Shown one piece after another: positions 36,485 through 46,081 of a stretch of 64,000 nucleotides of DNA. The stretch is from Caulobacter sp. (GTDB lineage: Bacteria > Pseudomonadota > Alphaproteobacteria > Caulobacterales > Caulobacteraceae), in the NCBI GenBank assembly GCA_017744495.1, contig JAGIBE010000235.1, positions 4,154 through 68,153 of the forward strand. The letters are read 5' to 3'. The notes under the pieces are model-generated. The model had not been told where the DNA came from. It did no database searches and worked only from the letters and a program-made list of their open reading frames with translations. The translations under genes were made by a program, and so were the position numbers. Every line of letters begins with the position of its first letter. The stretch's first letter is position 1.

Positions 36485-39400
36485 TCAGGTGGATTTGGCC
36501 AGCCTGACCAGCTGCGACAGGATCTTTTCCGCCGCGTCCAGGCGCTGGGCCGGGGTGTCCCACTCGCCCTTGACCACCACCTTCTGGTCGGGACGCACCT
36601 TCCAGACGATCTGGTTCTTGGCCACGAACTGGACCAGGGCCAAAGGATTGGCGAATTCGTCGTTGCGGAAGCTGGCGACCGCGCCCTTGGGACCGACGTC
36701 GATCTTGGCGACATTGGCCTCGCGGCACAGGCCTTTGATGGCCACGACCTTGAGCAAGGAATCGGTCTCGGGCGGCAGCGGGCCGAAGCGGTCGATCAGC
36801 TCGGCGGCCAGGGCCTCGCGGTCGGCGGCCTTCTCGGCTTCCGACAGGCGGCGATAGAGCGACAGGCGCACGTTCAGGTCCGGCACATAGTCGTCGGGGA
36901 TCATCACGGCCGCGCCGGTGTTGATCTGCGGCGACCAGCCCCGGTCCTCCAGCAGGGCCTCGGCCCCCTGGCGTTCGCGCAGCTCGGCGACCGCGTCCTC
37001 CAGCATCTGCTGGTAGAGCTCGACCCCGATCTCCTTGATATGGCCGCTCTGCTCGTCGCCCAGCAGGTTGCCGCCGCCGCGCTGGTCCAGGTCGTGGCTG
37101 GCCAGCTGGAAGCCGGCGCCCAGGCTGTCCAGCGACTGCAGCACCTTCAGGCGTTTCTCGGCCGACAGGGTGATCTGCTTCTCGGCGGGCGTGGTCAGAT
37201 AGGCGTAGGCCCGAGCCTTGGACCGCCCCACCCGGCCGCGGATCTGGTAAAGCTGGGCCAGCCCGAACATGTCGGCGCGGTGGACGATCAGGGTGTTGGC
37301 CGACGGGATATCCAGCCCACTTTCCACGATAGTGGTCGCAAGGAGCACGTCGTACTGGCCCTCGTAGAAGGCCGTCATCACGTCTTCCAGCTGGGTCGGG
37401 GCCATCTGGCCGTGGCCGATAACGTACTTCACCTCGGGGACCTGGGTGCGAAGGAACTTCTCGATGTCCTCCAGATCCTTGATGCGCGGCACTACGTAAT
37501 AGGCCTGGCCGCCGCGATACTTCTCGCGCAGCAGGGCCTCGCGCAGGGTGACCGGGTCGAATGGGCTGATGTAGGTGCGCACCGCCAAGCGGTCGACCGG
37601 CGGGGTGGCGATGATCGACATCTCCCGGATGCCGCTGAGCGCCATCTGCAGCGTGCGCGGAATCGGCGTGGCCGTCAGGGTCAGCATGTGCACGTCGGCG
37701 CGAAGCTCCTTGAGCTTCTCTTTGTGCTTGACCCCGAAGTGCTGCTCCTCGTCGACGATCACCAGGCCCAGGTCCTTGAACGAGACCTGCTTGGACAGCA
37801 CCGCGTGGGTGCCGACCACGATCTCGAACTGGCCGTTGGCCAGGCCCTCGCGGGTGTCCGAAGCTTCCTTGCCGGTGACGAGGCGCGACAGGCGGGTGAC
37901 CTTGACCGGCCAGCCCTGGAAGCGGTCCTTGAAGGTCTTGTAGTGCTGGCGGGCCAGAAGCGTGGTCGGGCAGACGACCGCCACCTGCTTGCCGCTCATG
38001 GCCACCACGAAGGCCGCGCGCAGGGCGACCTCGGTCTTTCCGAAGCCCACGTCGCCGCAGATCAGCCGGTCCATCGGCTTGCCGGACGACAGGTCCTCCA
38101 GCACGTCGTGGATGGCCGACAGCTGGTCGTCGGTCTCTTCGTACGGGAAGCGGGCGCAGAACTCGTCGAACACGCCGTGCGGCGGGTCGGTCTCCTCCAC
38201 GTGCTTGAGCTGGCGGGCGGCGGCGATCTGGATCAGCCCCTCGGCCATGACCCGCAGGCGCTCCTTGGCCTTCGCCTTGCGGCCCTGCCAAGCCGCGCCG
38301 CCCAGCTTGTCCAGCTGGACGTTCTCGCCGTCGGTCCCGTAGCGGGTGAGCAGGTCGATGTTCTCGACCGGCAGGTAGAGCTTGGCCTCACCGCCGTACA
38401 GCAGGTCCAGGCAGTCGTGCGGCGCGCCCTGGACGTCGAGGGTCTTGAGGCCCTCGTAGCGGCCGATGCCGTGGTCGATGTGCACGACCAGATCGCCGGG
38501 CGTCAGGGCGCTGGCCTCGGCCAGGAAGTTGGCGGCGCGGCGCTTCTTGCGCGGGCGGGCCAGGCGGTCGCCCAGGATGTCGGTCTCGGAGATGACCGCC
38601 AGGCTGTCGGTCTCGAAGCCGTTGTCCAGCGGCAGGACCACGCGCTGCGGGGTCTTCGGGTCGTTGGCCTTCGCGGCCTGCCAGTAGGCGGCGTAGGGTA
38701 TTTTCTTCAGGCCGTGGTCGGCCAGCATGGTCCCCAGTCGCTCGGACGAGCCCTCGGACCAGGAAGCGAAGAGGACGCGCTTCCCTTCCCCGGCCAGCTT
38801 CCTGGCGTGGTCTGCGGTGGCTTCGAACAGGTTGACGCTGTCCTGGGCCCGTTCGGCGGCGAAGGTTCGGCCCAGCTTGGCTCCCAGGTCGACGACGTCC
38901 AGGCCTTGGGGCTGGAAGGGCGTGAACTTGCGGTTGGGGCGGTCCTCCAGCGCCTGGTCCCACTCCTTGGCGGTCAGGTAGAGGGCGTGCGGCTCCAGCG
39001 GGCGGTAGGCCGACTTACGGTCGGCGGAGGCGCGGGCGTCGTAGGCGTCAGCGATCATCGCCAGGCGCTCGTCGCGGCTTTCGGCGGCCTGGTGATCGAC
39101 GCCCACGAGGGCGCCGTCCGGCAGGTAGTCGAACAGGGTCGCCATCCGCTCGTAGAACAGCGGCAGCCAGTGCTCCAGGCCGGCGCGGCGACCGCCCTCG
39201 CTGATCGTCGCGTACAGCGGATCGTCGCCCGGCGCGCCGAACGCGCGGATATAGCCGTTGCGGAACCGTGAGACGCCGTCCTTGTCGAGCAGGGCCTCGC
39301 TGACCGGCAGCAGCTGGATCTCCTTCAGCTGCTTGGTCGAGCGCTGGGTTTCCGGATCGAAGGCGCGGATGCTTTCCAGGGTGTCGCCGAACAGGTCCAG

Positions 39401-39952
39401 GCGCACCGGCTCCTCGGCGGCGGGCGGGTAGACGTCGATCACCCCGCCGCGGATGGCGAACTCGCCGCGTTCCGAGACGGTGGAGGCGCGGCTGTAGCCG
39501 TTGATCGCGAAATAGCGCTCGAGATCGGCGACGTCCACGTTGTTACCGACCTTGGCCGCGTAGCTGGCGCGCAGCAGCACGGCCTTCTCCGGCACCCGCT
39601 GCAGCAGGGCCGGCGCGGCGGTGACCAGCATGGCCGGCTTGGCCTTGCCCAGGCCCTCGGCCAGGCGGTGCAGGGTAGCCATGCGCACGGCCGCCACCCC
39701 GGCCGACGGGCCGATGCGGTCATAGGGCAAGCAGTCCCACGAGGGGAACAGCACGGCCTCGATCTCGGGGGCGAAGAACTTCAGGGCGTCGATGAAGGCG
39801 CTGGCGCGGGCGGTGTCGCGGGCCACGAAGGCGGTCAGGCCGCCGCGCGCGCGGGCGATATCGGCCATGACCAGGGCGTCGAAGCCCTCCGGCGCGCCGG
39901 CCAGGGTCAGGCCTCCGGAGGCCTTGGCGATCTGTTTGGCGTCGTAGGCCAT
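36485..39952 (-). CDS. mfd: Transcription-repair coupling factor
   Basis: UvrB-homology N-terminus, CarD/RID, GDVGFGKTE, DEEQHFG, QIRGRVGRS, TRCF domain; 1155 aa. Confidence 0.97.
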   Translation of the reverse strand: MAYDAKQIAKASGGLTLAGAPEGFDALVMADIARARGGLTAFVARDTARASAFIDALKFFAPEIEAVLFPSWDCLPYDRIGPSAGVAAVRMATLHRLAEGLGKAKPAMLVTAAPALLQRVPEKAVLLRASYAAKVGNNVDVADLERYFAINGYSRASTVSERGEFAIRGGVIDVYPPAAEEPVRLDLFGDTLESIRAFDPETQRSTKQLKEIQLLPVSEALLDKDGVSRFRNGYIRAFGAPGDDPLYATISEGGRRAGLEHWLPLFYERMATLFDYLPDGALVGVDHQAAESRDERLAMIADAYDARASADRKSAYRPLEPHALYLTAKEWDQALEDRPNRKFTPFQPQGLDVVDLGAKLGRTFAAERAQDSVNLFEATADHARKLAGEGKRVLFASWSEGSSERLGTMLADHGLKKIPYAAYWQAAKANDPKTPQRVVLPLDNGFETDSLAVISETDILGDRLARPRKKRRAANFLAEASALTPGDLVVHIDHGIGRYEGLKTLDVQGAPHDCLDLLYGGEAKLYLPVENIDLLTRYGTDGENVQLDKLGGAAWQGRKAKAKERLRVMAEGLIQIAAARQLKHVEETDPPHGVFDEFCARFPYEETDDQLSAIHDVLEDLSSGKPMDRLICGDVGFGKTEVALRAAFVVAMSGKQVAVVCPTTLLARQHYKTFKDRFQGWPVKVTRLSRLVTGKEASDTREGLANGQFEIVVGTHAVLSKQVSFKDLGLVIVDEEQHFGVKHKEKLKELRADVHMLTLTATPIPRTLQMALSGIREMSIIATPPVDRLAVRTYISPFDPVTLREALLREKYRGGQAYYVVPRIKDLEDIEKFLRTQVPEVKYVIGHGQMAPTQLEDVMTAFYEGQYDVLLATTIVESGLDIPSANTLIVHRADMFGLAQLYQIRGRVGRSKARAYAYLTTPAEKQITLSAEKRLKVLQSLDSLGAGFQLASHDLDQRGGGNLLGDEQSGHIKEIGVELYQQMLEDAVAELRERQGAEALLEDRGWSPQINTGAAVMIPDDYVPDLNVRLSLYRRLSEAEKAADREALAAELIDRFGPLPPETDSLLKVVAIKGLCREANVAKIDVGPKGAVASFRNDEFANPLALVQFVAKNQIVWKVRPDQKVVVKGEWDTPAQRLDAAEKILSQLVRLAKST

Positions 39953-40030
39953 GGGGACTCTTCAAAGACTGGTCAGCGACAACGCCGCCGGTACGGATGC
40001 TGTTGCTGTAAATCGCCCTGGAAAGGACAG

Positions 40031-40324
40031 TTACATCCCGTCGCCCGCCGGCCGCGAAGCGTGAGCTTCGTAGCGGAAGGTCTTGATCAGGTTCAGGACG
40101 TCGGTGTCGAACTTGGCCGGGGTCGGCTCCTGGCCGACGATCCAGGCGTAGATCTCGCGATCCGACTCCTCCATCAGCGCTTCGAACGTGTCGAGCTGCT
40201 CGGGGGTCAGATTCGGGCCATGGGTTTCCGCGAACGGCCCCAAAATGAGGTCCGCTTCCCGAAATCCGCGATGCCAGGCCCGGAACTTCAGCCGCCGGAG
40301 GCGGGAGTCGTGATCAATGGTCAT
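40031..40324 (-). CDS. sdhE: Succinate dehydrogenase assembly factor 2
   Basis: RRLKFRAWHRGFREADLILG; typical position upstream of mfd. Confidence 0.92.
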   Translation of the reverse strand: MTIDHDSRLRRLKFRAWHRGFREADLILGPFAETHGPNLTPEQLDTFEALMEESDREIYAWIVGQEPTPAKFDTDVLNLIKTFRYEAHASRPAGDGM

Positions 40325-40400
40325 GTGACCGGGGATATAGAGCGCTACACGGGGTTGCGCCAGCATTGACCCTGACCGGCCAGGCCTGTAGGCGCGGGCC

Positions 40401-41861
40401 ATGGCCTCGCTGATGATCCAGGGCTGCGGTTCGGACGTGGGCAAGTCGACCCTGGTGGCGGGTCTGTGCCGGTTGTTCGCCAATCGCGGCCTGGTGGTCC
40501 GGCCGTTTAAGCCGCAGAACATGTCCAATAACGCCGCCGTCACCGCCGACGGGGGCGAGATCGGTCGGGCCCAAGCCCTGCAGGCCATCGCCTGCCGCAC
40601 CCCGCCGACCGTGCAGATGAACCCCGTACTGCTGAAGCCGCAGAGCGACGTCGGCGCGCAGGTGGTGGTGCTGGGCAAGGTGGCGGGGACCTACAAGGCC
40701 CGCGCCTTTCAGGGGCTGAAACCCGACCTGCTGGCCACCACGGTCCAGGCCTATCGCCAGCTGGCGGCCGAGGCTGATCTGGTGCTGGTCGAGGGCGCGG
40801 GCAGTCCAGCCGAGACCAATCTGCGAGCGGGCGACATCGCCAACATGGGCTTCGCCCATGCCGCCGACGTGCCGGTGGCCCTGGTCGGCGATATCGACCG
40901 GGGACACGTGATCGCCGCCCTGGCGGGGGCGCACCTGGTGCTGGACGCGGCCGACCGCGAACGCATCAAGGGCTTCATCATCAACAAGTTCCGGGGCGAT
41001 CCTTCGCTGTTCGATGAAGGGCGGCGCGAGATCGTCGCCCGCACCGGCTGGCCAGACCTGGGCATGGCCCCTTGGCTGGCCTCGGCCCGCGCCCTGCCCG
41101 CCGAGGACGCGGTGGTGCTGGAGCGCCCGGTGCGCGCCGACGGTGACAGGCGGCTGCGGGTCGTGGTCCCCATGCTGTCGCGGATCGCCAATTTCGACGA
41201 GTTCGACCCGCTGCGAGCCGATCCCGACATCGACTTTGCCTATCTGCCGCCCGGGGCCGCTGTGCCGGGTGACGCCGACCTCGTGATCCTGCCCGGCACC
41301 AAGGCGACCCTGGCGGACCTGGCCTTCCTGCGCGCCCAAGGCTGGGACATCGACATCCTGGCCCATGTGCGGCGCGGCGGCCGGGTGCTGGGCGTGTGCG
41401 GGGGTTACCAGATGCTGGGCCGGACGGTGTCGGACCCGGAAGGGATCGAGGGCGCGCCGGGCTCGGCGGCGGGGTTGGGCCTGCTGGACGTCGAGACCGT
41501 GCTGCTGCGCGACAAGGTGTTGCGGGCCGCGACGGGGCGACTGCTGGACAGCGACGCGGCGTTTTCGGGATACGAGATGCATGTGGGCCGCACGACCGGC
41601 CCGGGCACGGCCAGCCCAATGCTGGCCTTCGACGGCGGCGCGACGGATGGCGCGGTCTCGCCCGACGGCCGGGTCGCGGGCGCCTATGTCCACGGCCTGT
41701 TCGAACGCGGCGAGGCGCGGACCGCCCTGCTCGCCCCGCTGGGCCTAACGCTCACGCCGCGCGACCACGCCGCTCGCGTCGACGCGGCCTTAGATGAGAT
41801 CGCGCAGATGCTGGAGCGCGCGCTCGACATCGAAGCCATCGCGCGGATCGCGGGGCTGTAA
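40401..41861 (+). CDS. cobQ: Cobyric acid synthase
   Basis: QGCGSDVGKS, PFKPQNMSNN, EGAGSPAE, GVCGGYQMLG, GYEMH, YVHGLF. Confidence 0.94.
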   Translation: MASLMIQGCGSDVGKSTLVAGLCRLFANRGLVVRPFKPQNMSNNAAVTADGGEIGRAQALQAIACRTPPTVQMNPVLLKPQSDVGAQVVVLGKVAGTYKARAFQGLKPDLLATTVQAYRQLAAEADLVLVEGAGSPAETNLRAGDIANMGFAHAADVPVALVGDIDRGHVIAALAGAHLVLDAADRERIKGFIINKFRGDPSLFDEGRREIVARTGWPDLGMAPWLASARALPAEDAVVLERPVRADGDRRLRVVVPMLSRIANFDEFDPLRADPDIDFAYLPPGAAVPGDADLVILPGTKATLADLAFLRAQGWDIDILAHVRRGGRVLGVCGGYQMLGRTVSDPEGIEGAPGSAAGLGLLDVETVLLRDKVLRAATGRLLDSDAAFSGYEMHVGRTTGPGTASPMLAFDGGATDGAVSPDGRVAGAYVHGLFERGEARTALLAPLGLTLTPRDHAARVDAALDEIAQMLERALDIEAIARIAGL

Positions 41862-41951
41862 ACGACCGACGATCGACCGGTTTCGGTGGCGCCGAGCCCG
41901 CGTCACCGGGCAAGGTGGCTCCTGCCAGATTCCCGCGAGGACGCCTGCCGC

Positions 41952-43163
41952 ATGATGACCGCCCAGCCCCGCGCCATCTCCGCCTTGCGGGCCTTCCTCA
42001 AGAGCGAGTCCGCCGGCGGACTGCTGCTGATGGGCGCCGCGGCCCTGGCCCTGATCGTCGCCAACTCGCCGCTGGCCGACGCGTATTTCCACATCCTGCA
42101 CCTGTACGTCGGCGGCCTCAGCGTCGGCCACTGGGTCAATGACGGCCTGATGGCGGTGTTCTTCCTGCTGGTCGGGCTGGAGATCAAACGTGAGATGGTC
42201 GACGGCGAGCTGTCGACCTGGTCGCGGCGCTTGCTGCCCGGCGTGGCCGCCCTGGGCGGCATGGTCGCGCCGGCCCTGATCTATGTGGCGGTCAACTGGC
42301 AGACCCCGGCCAATCTGCGCGGCTGGGCGATTCCGGCCGCCACCGACATCGCCTTTGCTCTAGGCGTGCTGTCGCTGTTGGGGCCGCGCGTCCCCGGTGC
42401 GCTGAAGGTCTTCCTGGCCGCCCTGGCGATCATCGACGACCTGGGCGCCATCTTGATCATCGCTGTCTTCTACACCGACCACCTGACCCTCTGGGCCTTG
42501 GGCGGCGCGGCGGCGACCCTGGTCGTTCTGGTCACGATGAACCGCCTGAAGGTGATGAATCTCTGGCTCTATCTCCTTGTCGGCGCTGCGCTTTGGGTCT
42601 TCTTCCTGAAATCGGGAATCCACGCCACCCTGGCCGGCGTGATCCTGGCCATGACCATCCCGATCACCCCAAGGTCTAAGAAGGGGTCCTCGGCCCGTCC
42701 GGACGACGAGCATTCGCCGCTGCATCGCCTGGAGCACGCCCTCCATCCTTGGGTCGCCTATCTGGTCGTGCCGGTGTTCGGTTTCGCGAACGCGGGTGTG
42801 GCGCTCAACCAGGTCGGCCTGGCCGCGCTGACTGCTCCGGCCACCCTGGGGGGCGCCCTGGGCCTGTTTCTGGGCAAGCCGATCGGGGTGGGTCTGTTCT
42901 GCTTGGCCGCCATCAAGCTGGGTTGGGCGAAGAAACCCAACGGCGCGTCGTGGTCGCAGCTGTTCGGTATCTCGGCCCTATGCGGCATAGGCTTCACCAT
43001 GAGCCTGTTCATCAACAACCTGGCGTTCGATGCCGAGATCCTGCGCGACGAGACCAAGATCGGCGTACTGGTCGGTTCGCTGTTGTCGGCCTTGCTGGGT
43101 TGGCTGGCCTTCAGTTTGACGCCGCGCCCGCGCGATGCTCAGGAGTCTGGCGACGCGGGCTGA
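41952..43163 (+). CDS. nhaA: Na+/H+ antiporter NhaA
   Basis: [39 protein letters not shown]. Confidence 0.95.
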   Translation: MMTAQPRAISALRAFLKSESAGGLLLMGAAALALIVANSPLADAYFHILHLYVGGLSVGHWVNDGLMAVFFLLVGLEIKREMVDGELSTWSRRLLPGVAALGGMVAPALIYVAVNWQTPANLRGWAIPAATDIAFALGVLSLLGPRVPGALKVFLAALAIIDDLGAILIIAVFYTDHLTLWALGGAAATLVVLVTMNRLKVMNLWLYLLVGAALWVFFLKSGIHATLAGVILAMTIPITPRSKKGSSARPDDEHSPLHRLEHALHPWVAYLVVPVFGFANAGVALNQVGLAALTAPATLGGALGLFLGKPIGVGLFCLAAIKLGWAKKPNGASWSQLFGISALCGIGFTMSLFINNLAFDAEILRDETKIGVLVGSLLSALLGWLAFSLTPRPRDAQESGDAG

Positions 43164-43257
43164 AACGGTGTTTCCATGCCCCCTTGCCAGCCGTCCCGAC
43201 ACGGCGTCTGATCACTGTTCATAAACGCGGGACCAACCCGTAGTCGGCGAGGAACGC

Positions 43258-44673
43258 ATGTCGGAACGGCGCTCATCCTGGACCCTCGCGGCCTTCGCCG
43301 CGCCCTGCTTGCCGCTGGCCGCCTTGGGCCTGCCGCTGGTGGTCTACCTGCCCGAATACTATGTCAGCGAACTGGGCCTTTCGCTGTCGGTCGTGGGCTC
43401 GGCCTTCCTGCTGGTGCGGCTGGCCGACATCATCCTGGACCCGATCCTGGGCGGCATGATGGATCGCACGCGGACCGGTCTTGGCCGCTTCCGGCCCTGG
43501 CTGGCGGCGAGCGCGCCGGTGCTGATGTTGGCGTCCTATTTCCTGTTCATGGCCAAGCCCGGCGTGGGTCCGCTCTATCTCTGGGGCTGGCTGGTCGTCT
43601 GCTACCTCGGCTATTCGATGGCGGTGCTGTCGCATACGGCGTGGGGCGCGGTGCTGTCGCCCGACTACCAGCAGCGATCGCGCGTCTACGGTTGGTGGAG
43701 CGCCGGCAACGTGGTCGGCATGATCCTGGTGCTGCTGCTGCCGCCGATCCTGGCGATCGTCTACAAGGGCGACCACGGAGCGGGCGTCCGGGGGATGGGC
43801 TGGTTCATCATCGCCCTGATGCCGGTGACCTTCCTGCTGGCCATGAAGGTGGTGGGCGAGACCAACGTGCCGCCGGTCAAGCACGACGCGGGCCTTCGGC
43901 AGTACGTGGACCTGCTCAAGCGCCGCTCGGTCCGCATCCTGCTGCTGGCCGATCTGCTGATGGGCCTGGCGCCGGGCATCACCGGGGCGCTTTTCTTCTT
44001 CTTCTTCGAGCGCATCAAGGGCTTCGACAAGGCCCAGGCCGGGGTGCTGCTGCTGATCTACTTCGTGGCCGCCCTGGGCGGATCACCACTCTGGCCGGCC
44101 CTGGCGAAGAAGATCGGCAAGCACAGGTCGCTGGCCGTCGCCGCGGTGATCTACGCCTTCGTCCAGGTGGTGACGGTGTTCACGCCGGCGAACAACGGCG
44201 GGTCGCCGTTCAGCCCGCCGATGCTGCTGGGTATGGCGATCCTGATCCTGGCCGGTCTGCCCTACTCCGCCGCGCCGCTGCTGGTCCGCTCGATGATGGC
44301 CGACCTTGGCGACGAGGAGCGCCTGGCCAGCGGCGTCGACCGCACCGGCCTGCTCTACGCCATCGTCAACGGCACGGTGAAGCTGGGCTACGCCCTGGCG
44401 GTCGGGGTGTTCCTGGTGCTGGCCCAGCTGGGCTTCGATCCCAAGGTCCCGAGCGCCCAGGGCGACACGGCCCTGATCGTGCTCTACGCCGTGGCGCCGG
44501 CGGCGCTGGGCCTGCTGGTGTGCGCGATCATCCTGCGCTATCCGCTGGATGCGACCGCCCACGCCGAGATCCGCCGTCAGCTCGACGCGCGGGACGCGGC
44601 CGAGCCCCTCCCCAGCCCGACCCCGGAACCGCATGTCTCCCCCCTCGCCGCTCCCAAACCCGCCGCTGAATGA
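43258..44673 (+). CDS. MFS transporter, GPH/MFS_2 type
   Basis: DPILGGMMDRTRTGLGRFRPW; about 12 TM helices. Confidence 0.88.
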   Translation: MSERRSSWTLAAFAAPCLPLAALGLPLVVYLPEYYVSELGLSLSVVGSAFLLVRLADIILDPILGGMMDRTRTGLGRFRPWLAASAPVLMLASYFLFMAKPGVGPLYLWGWLVVCYLGYSMAVLSHTAWGAVLSPDYQQRSRVYGWWSAGNVVGMILVLLLPPILAIVYKGDHGAGVRGMGWFIIALMPVTFLLAMKVVGETNVPPVKHDAGLRQYVDLLKRRSVRILLLADLLMGLAPGITGALFFFFFERIKGFDKAQAGVLLLIYFVAALGGSPLWPALAKKIGKHRSLAVAAVIYAFVQVVTVFTPANNGGSPFSPPMLLGMAILILAGLPYSAAPLLVRSMMADLGDEERLASGVDRTGLLYAIVNGTVKLGYALAVGVFLVLAQLGFDPKVPSAQGDTALIVLYAVAPAALGLLVCAIILRYPLDATAHAEIRRQLDARDAAEPLPSPTPEPHVSPLAAPKPAAE

Positions 44674-45478
44674 TCCTCGCGAAAAGGATCAGCACCCGCT
44701 CTTCACCCTGATCGACATCATGGCGAAACTGCGCGATCCCGACGGCGGCTGTCCGTGGGACCTGGAGCAGACCTTCGCCACCGTGGCCCCCTACACGGTC
44801 GAGGAGGCCTACGAGGTAGCCGACGCCATCGAGCGCGGCGACCTGTCGGACCTGAAGGAAGAGCTGGGCGACCTGCTGTTGCAGGTGGTGTTCCATTCGC
44901 GGATGGCGGAGGAGCAAGGCGCCTTCGACCTGGCGGGCGTGGCCTCGGCGATCAACGACAAGATGGTGCGCCGCCATCCGCATGTGTTCGGCGACCACGC
45001 GTACGAGAACCAGGACGCCCAGATCGCCGGCTGGGAGGCGCTGAAGGCCCAGGAGCGTCAGGCCAAGAAGAAGGGGGGCGTGCTGGACGACGTGCCCGCC
45101 GGCCTCCCCGCCATGACCCGCGCCGTCAAGCTGACCAAGCGCGCCGCCCGTGTCGGCTTCGACTGGCCCTCGACCGACGAGGTGCTGGACAAGCTGGCCG
45201 AGGAAGTCGCCGAGCTGAAGGTCGAGATCGCCGCCGGCGACAAGGTCAAGGCTCGCGAGGAGTTGGGCGACCTGCTGTTCGTGGTCGCCAACCTCGCCCG
45301 CAAGCTGGACGTCGAGCCCGAGGACGCCCTGCGCGCCACCAACGCCAAGTTCGCCCGCCGCTTCGCCTTCATCGAGGCCGAGCTGGCCAAGGACGGCCGC
45401 ACGCCTGATCAGTCGGACCTGGCCGAGATGGACGGCCTGTGGAACGCGGCCAAGGCGGCGGAGAAGGCTGGGCGCTAA
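44633..45478 (+). CDS. mazG: Nucleoside triphosphate pyrophosphohydrolase MazG
   Basis: LRDPDGGCPWD, EEAYEV, EELGDLL twice, VGFDW; start approximate. Confidence 0.93.
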   Translation: MSPPSPLPNPPLNDPREKDQHPLFTLIDIMAKLRDPDGGCPWDLEQTFATVAPYTVEEAYEVADAIERGDLSDLKEELGDLLLQVVFHSRMAEEQGAFDLAGVASAINDKMVRRHPHVFGDHAYENQDAQIAGWEALKAQERQAKKKGGVLDDVPAGLPAMTRAVKLTKRAARVGFDWPSTDEVLDKLAEEVAELKVEIAAGDKVKAREELGDLLFVVANLARKLDVEPEDALRATNAKFARRFAFIEAELAKDGRTPDQSDLAEMDGLWNAAKAAEKAGR

Positions 45479-46023
45479 AACGCCGGCCAGTCGTCCAGGC
45501 TGTCGATCTCGCGCCAGGCGCGGACGCAGGCGTTGACCGGGTCCTTGCCGACGAAGATCGCCGCCTCGGCCCAGCGGCGGCGCAGCAGACCCACCAGCGG
45601 CTTGCCGCCCTGGTTGATCCATTTGCGCATCTCGGCGGGCACGGCGGTCTTCTCGCCGGCGTTCAGCTTGCGCAGCATCGTTGAGGACCGCAGCGCCCCG
45701 TCGCCCAGATTGAAGGTCCAAGAGATCAGGGCCGCGGCCTCGTAGACCAGAAGCGGGGTGCGCACGCGGTCGTGAACGTCCTGCGCCGCCCGCTTCATGT
45801 CACGCAGCAGGAGCTTGACCGCCTGGGCCTCGGTGATGGCCGGCGTCGACGGCGTGACCGGCTTGCCCGCCGCATCACGCGTGGCGCCGTAACCGATGGT
45901 CCAGGTGCCGCCTGGCAACGCGCCGTTGTCGTCATAGGGCTGGGCGAAGAAGCCCTCCACCCGCTTGACGACGACCGTGGCCGCCGTCGGCACCGTCGCG
46001 CCGTCCCAGGGATCGCCCGTCAT
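45475..46023 (-). CDS. GH24 (phage-type) lysozyme
   Basis: EG....Y.D......WTIGYG catalytic region, ALISWTFNLG, SSTMLRKLNAG, GLLRRR..E. Confidence 0.9.
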   Translation of the reverse strand: MTGDPWDGATVPTAATVVVKRVEGFFAQPYDDNGALPGGTWTIGYGATRDAAGKPVTPSTPAITEAQAVKLLLRDMKRAAQDVHDRVRTPLLVYEAAALISWTFNLGDGALRSSTMLRKLNAGEKTAVPAEMRKWINQGGKPLVGLLRRRWAEAAIFVGKDPVNACVRAWREIDSLDDWPAF

Positions 46024-46081
46024 GCTCTCGCTCCGAATGTGGAGTCCGAGTTTTCACCTGTCGGGCGAGCGCGGCAAGCGG

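Noticed and set aside
37040-39271. 743-aa plus-strand ORF, plus the 606-aa alternate-frame ORF 36471-38291
   Set aside because: Shadows of mfd with low-complexity composition
39974-40008. Hairpin between sdhE and mfd as a riboswitch
   Set aside because: Single imperfect stem with no recognisable aptamer; likely an ordinary processing or attenuation hairpin
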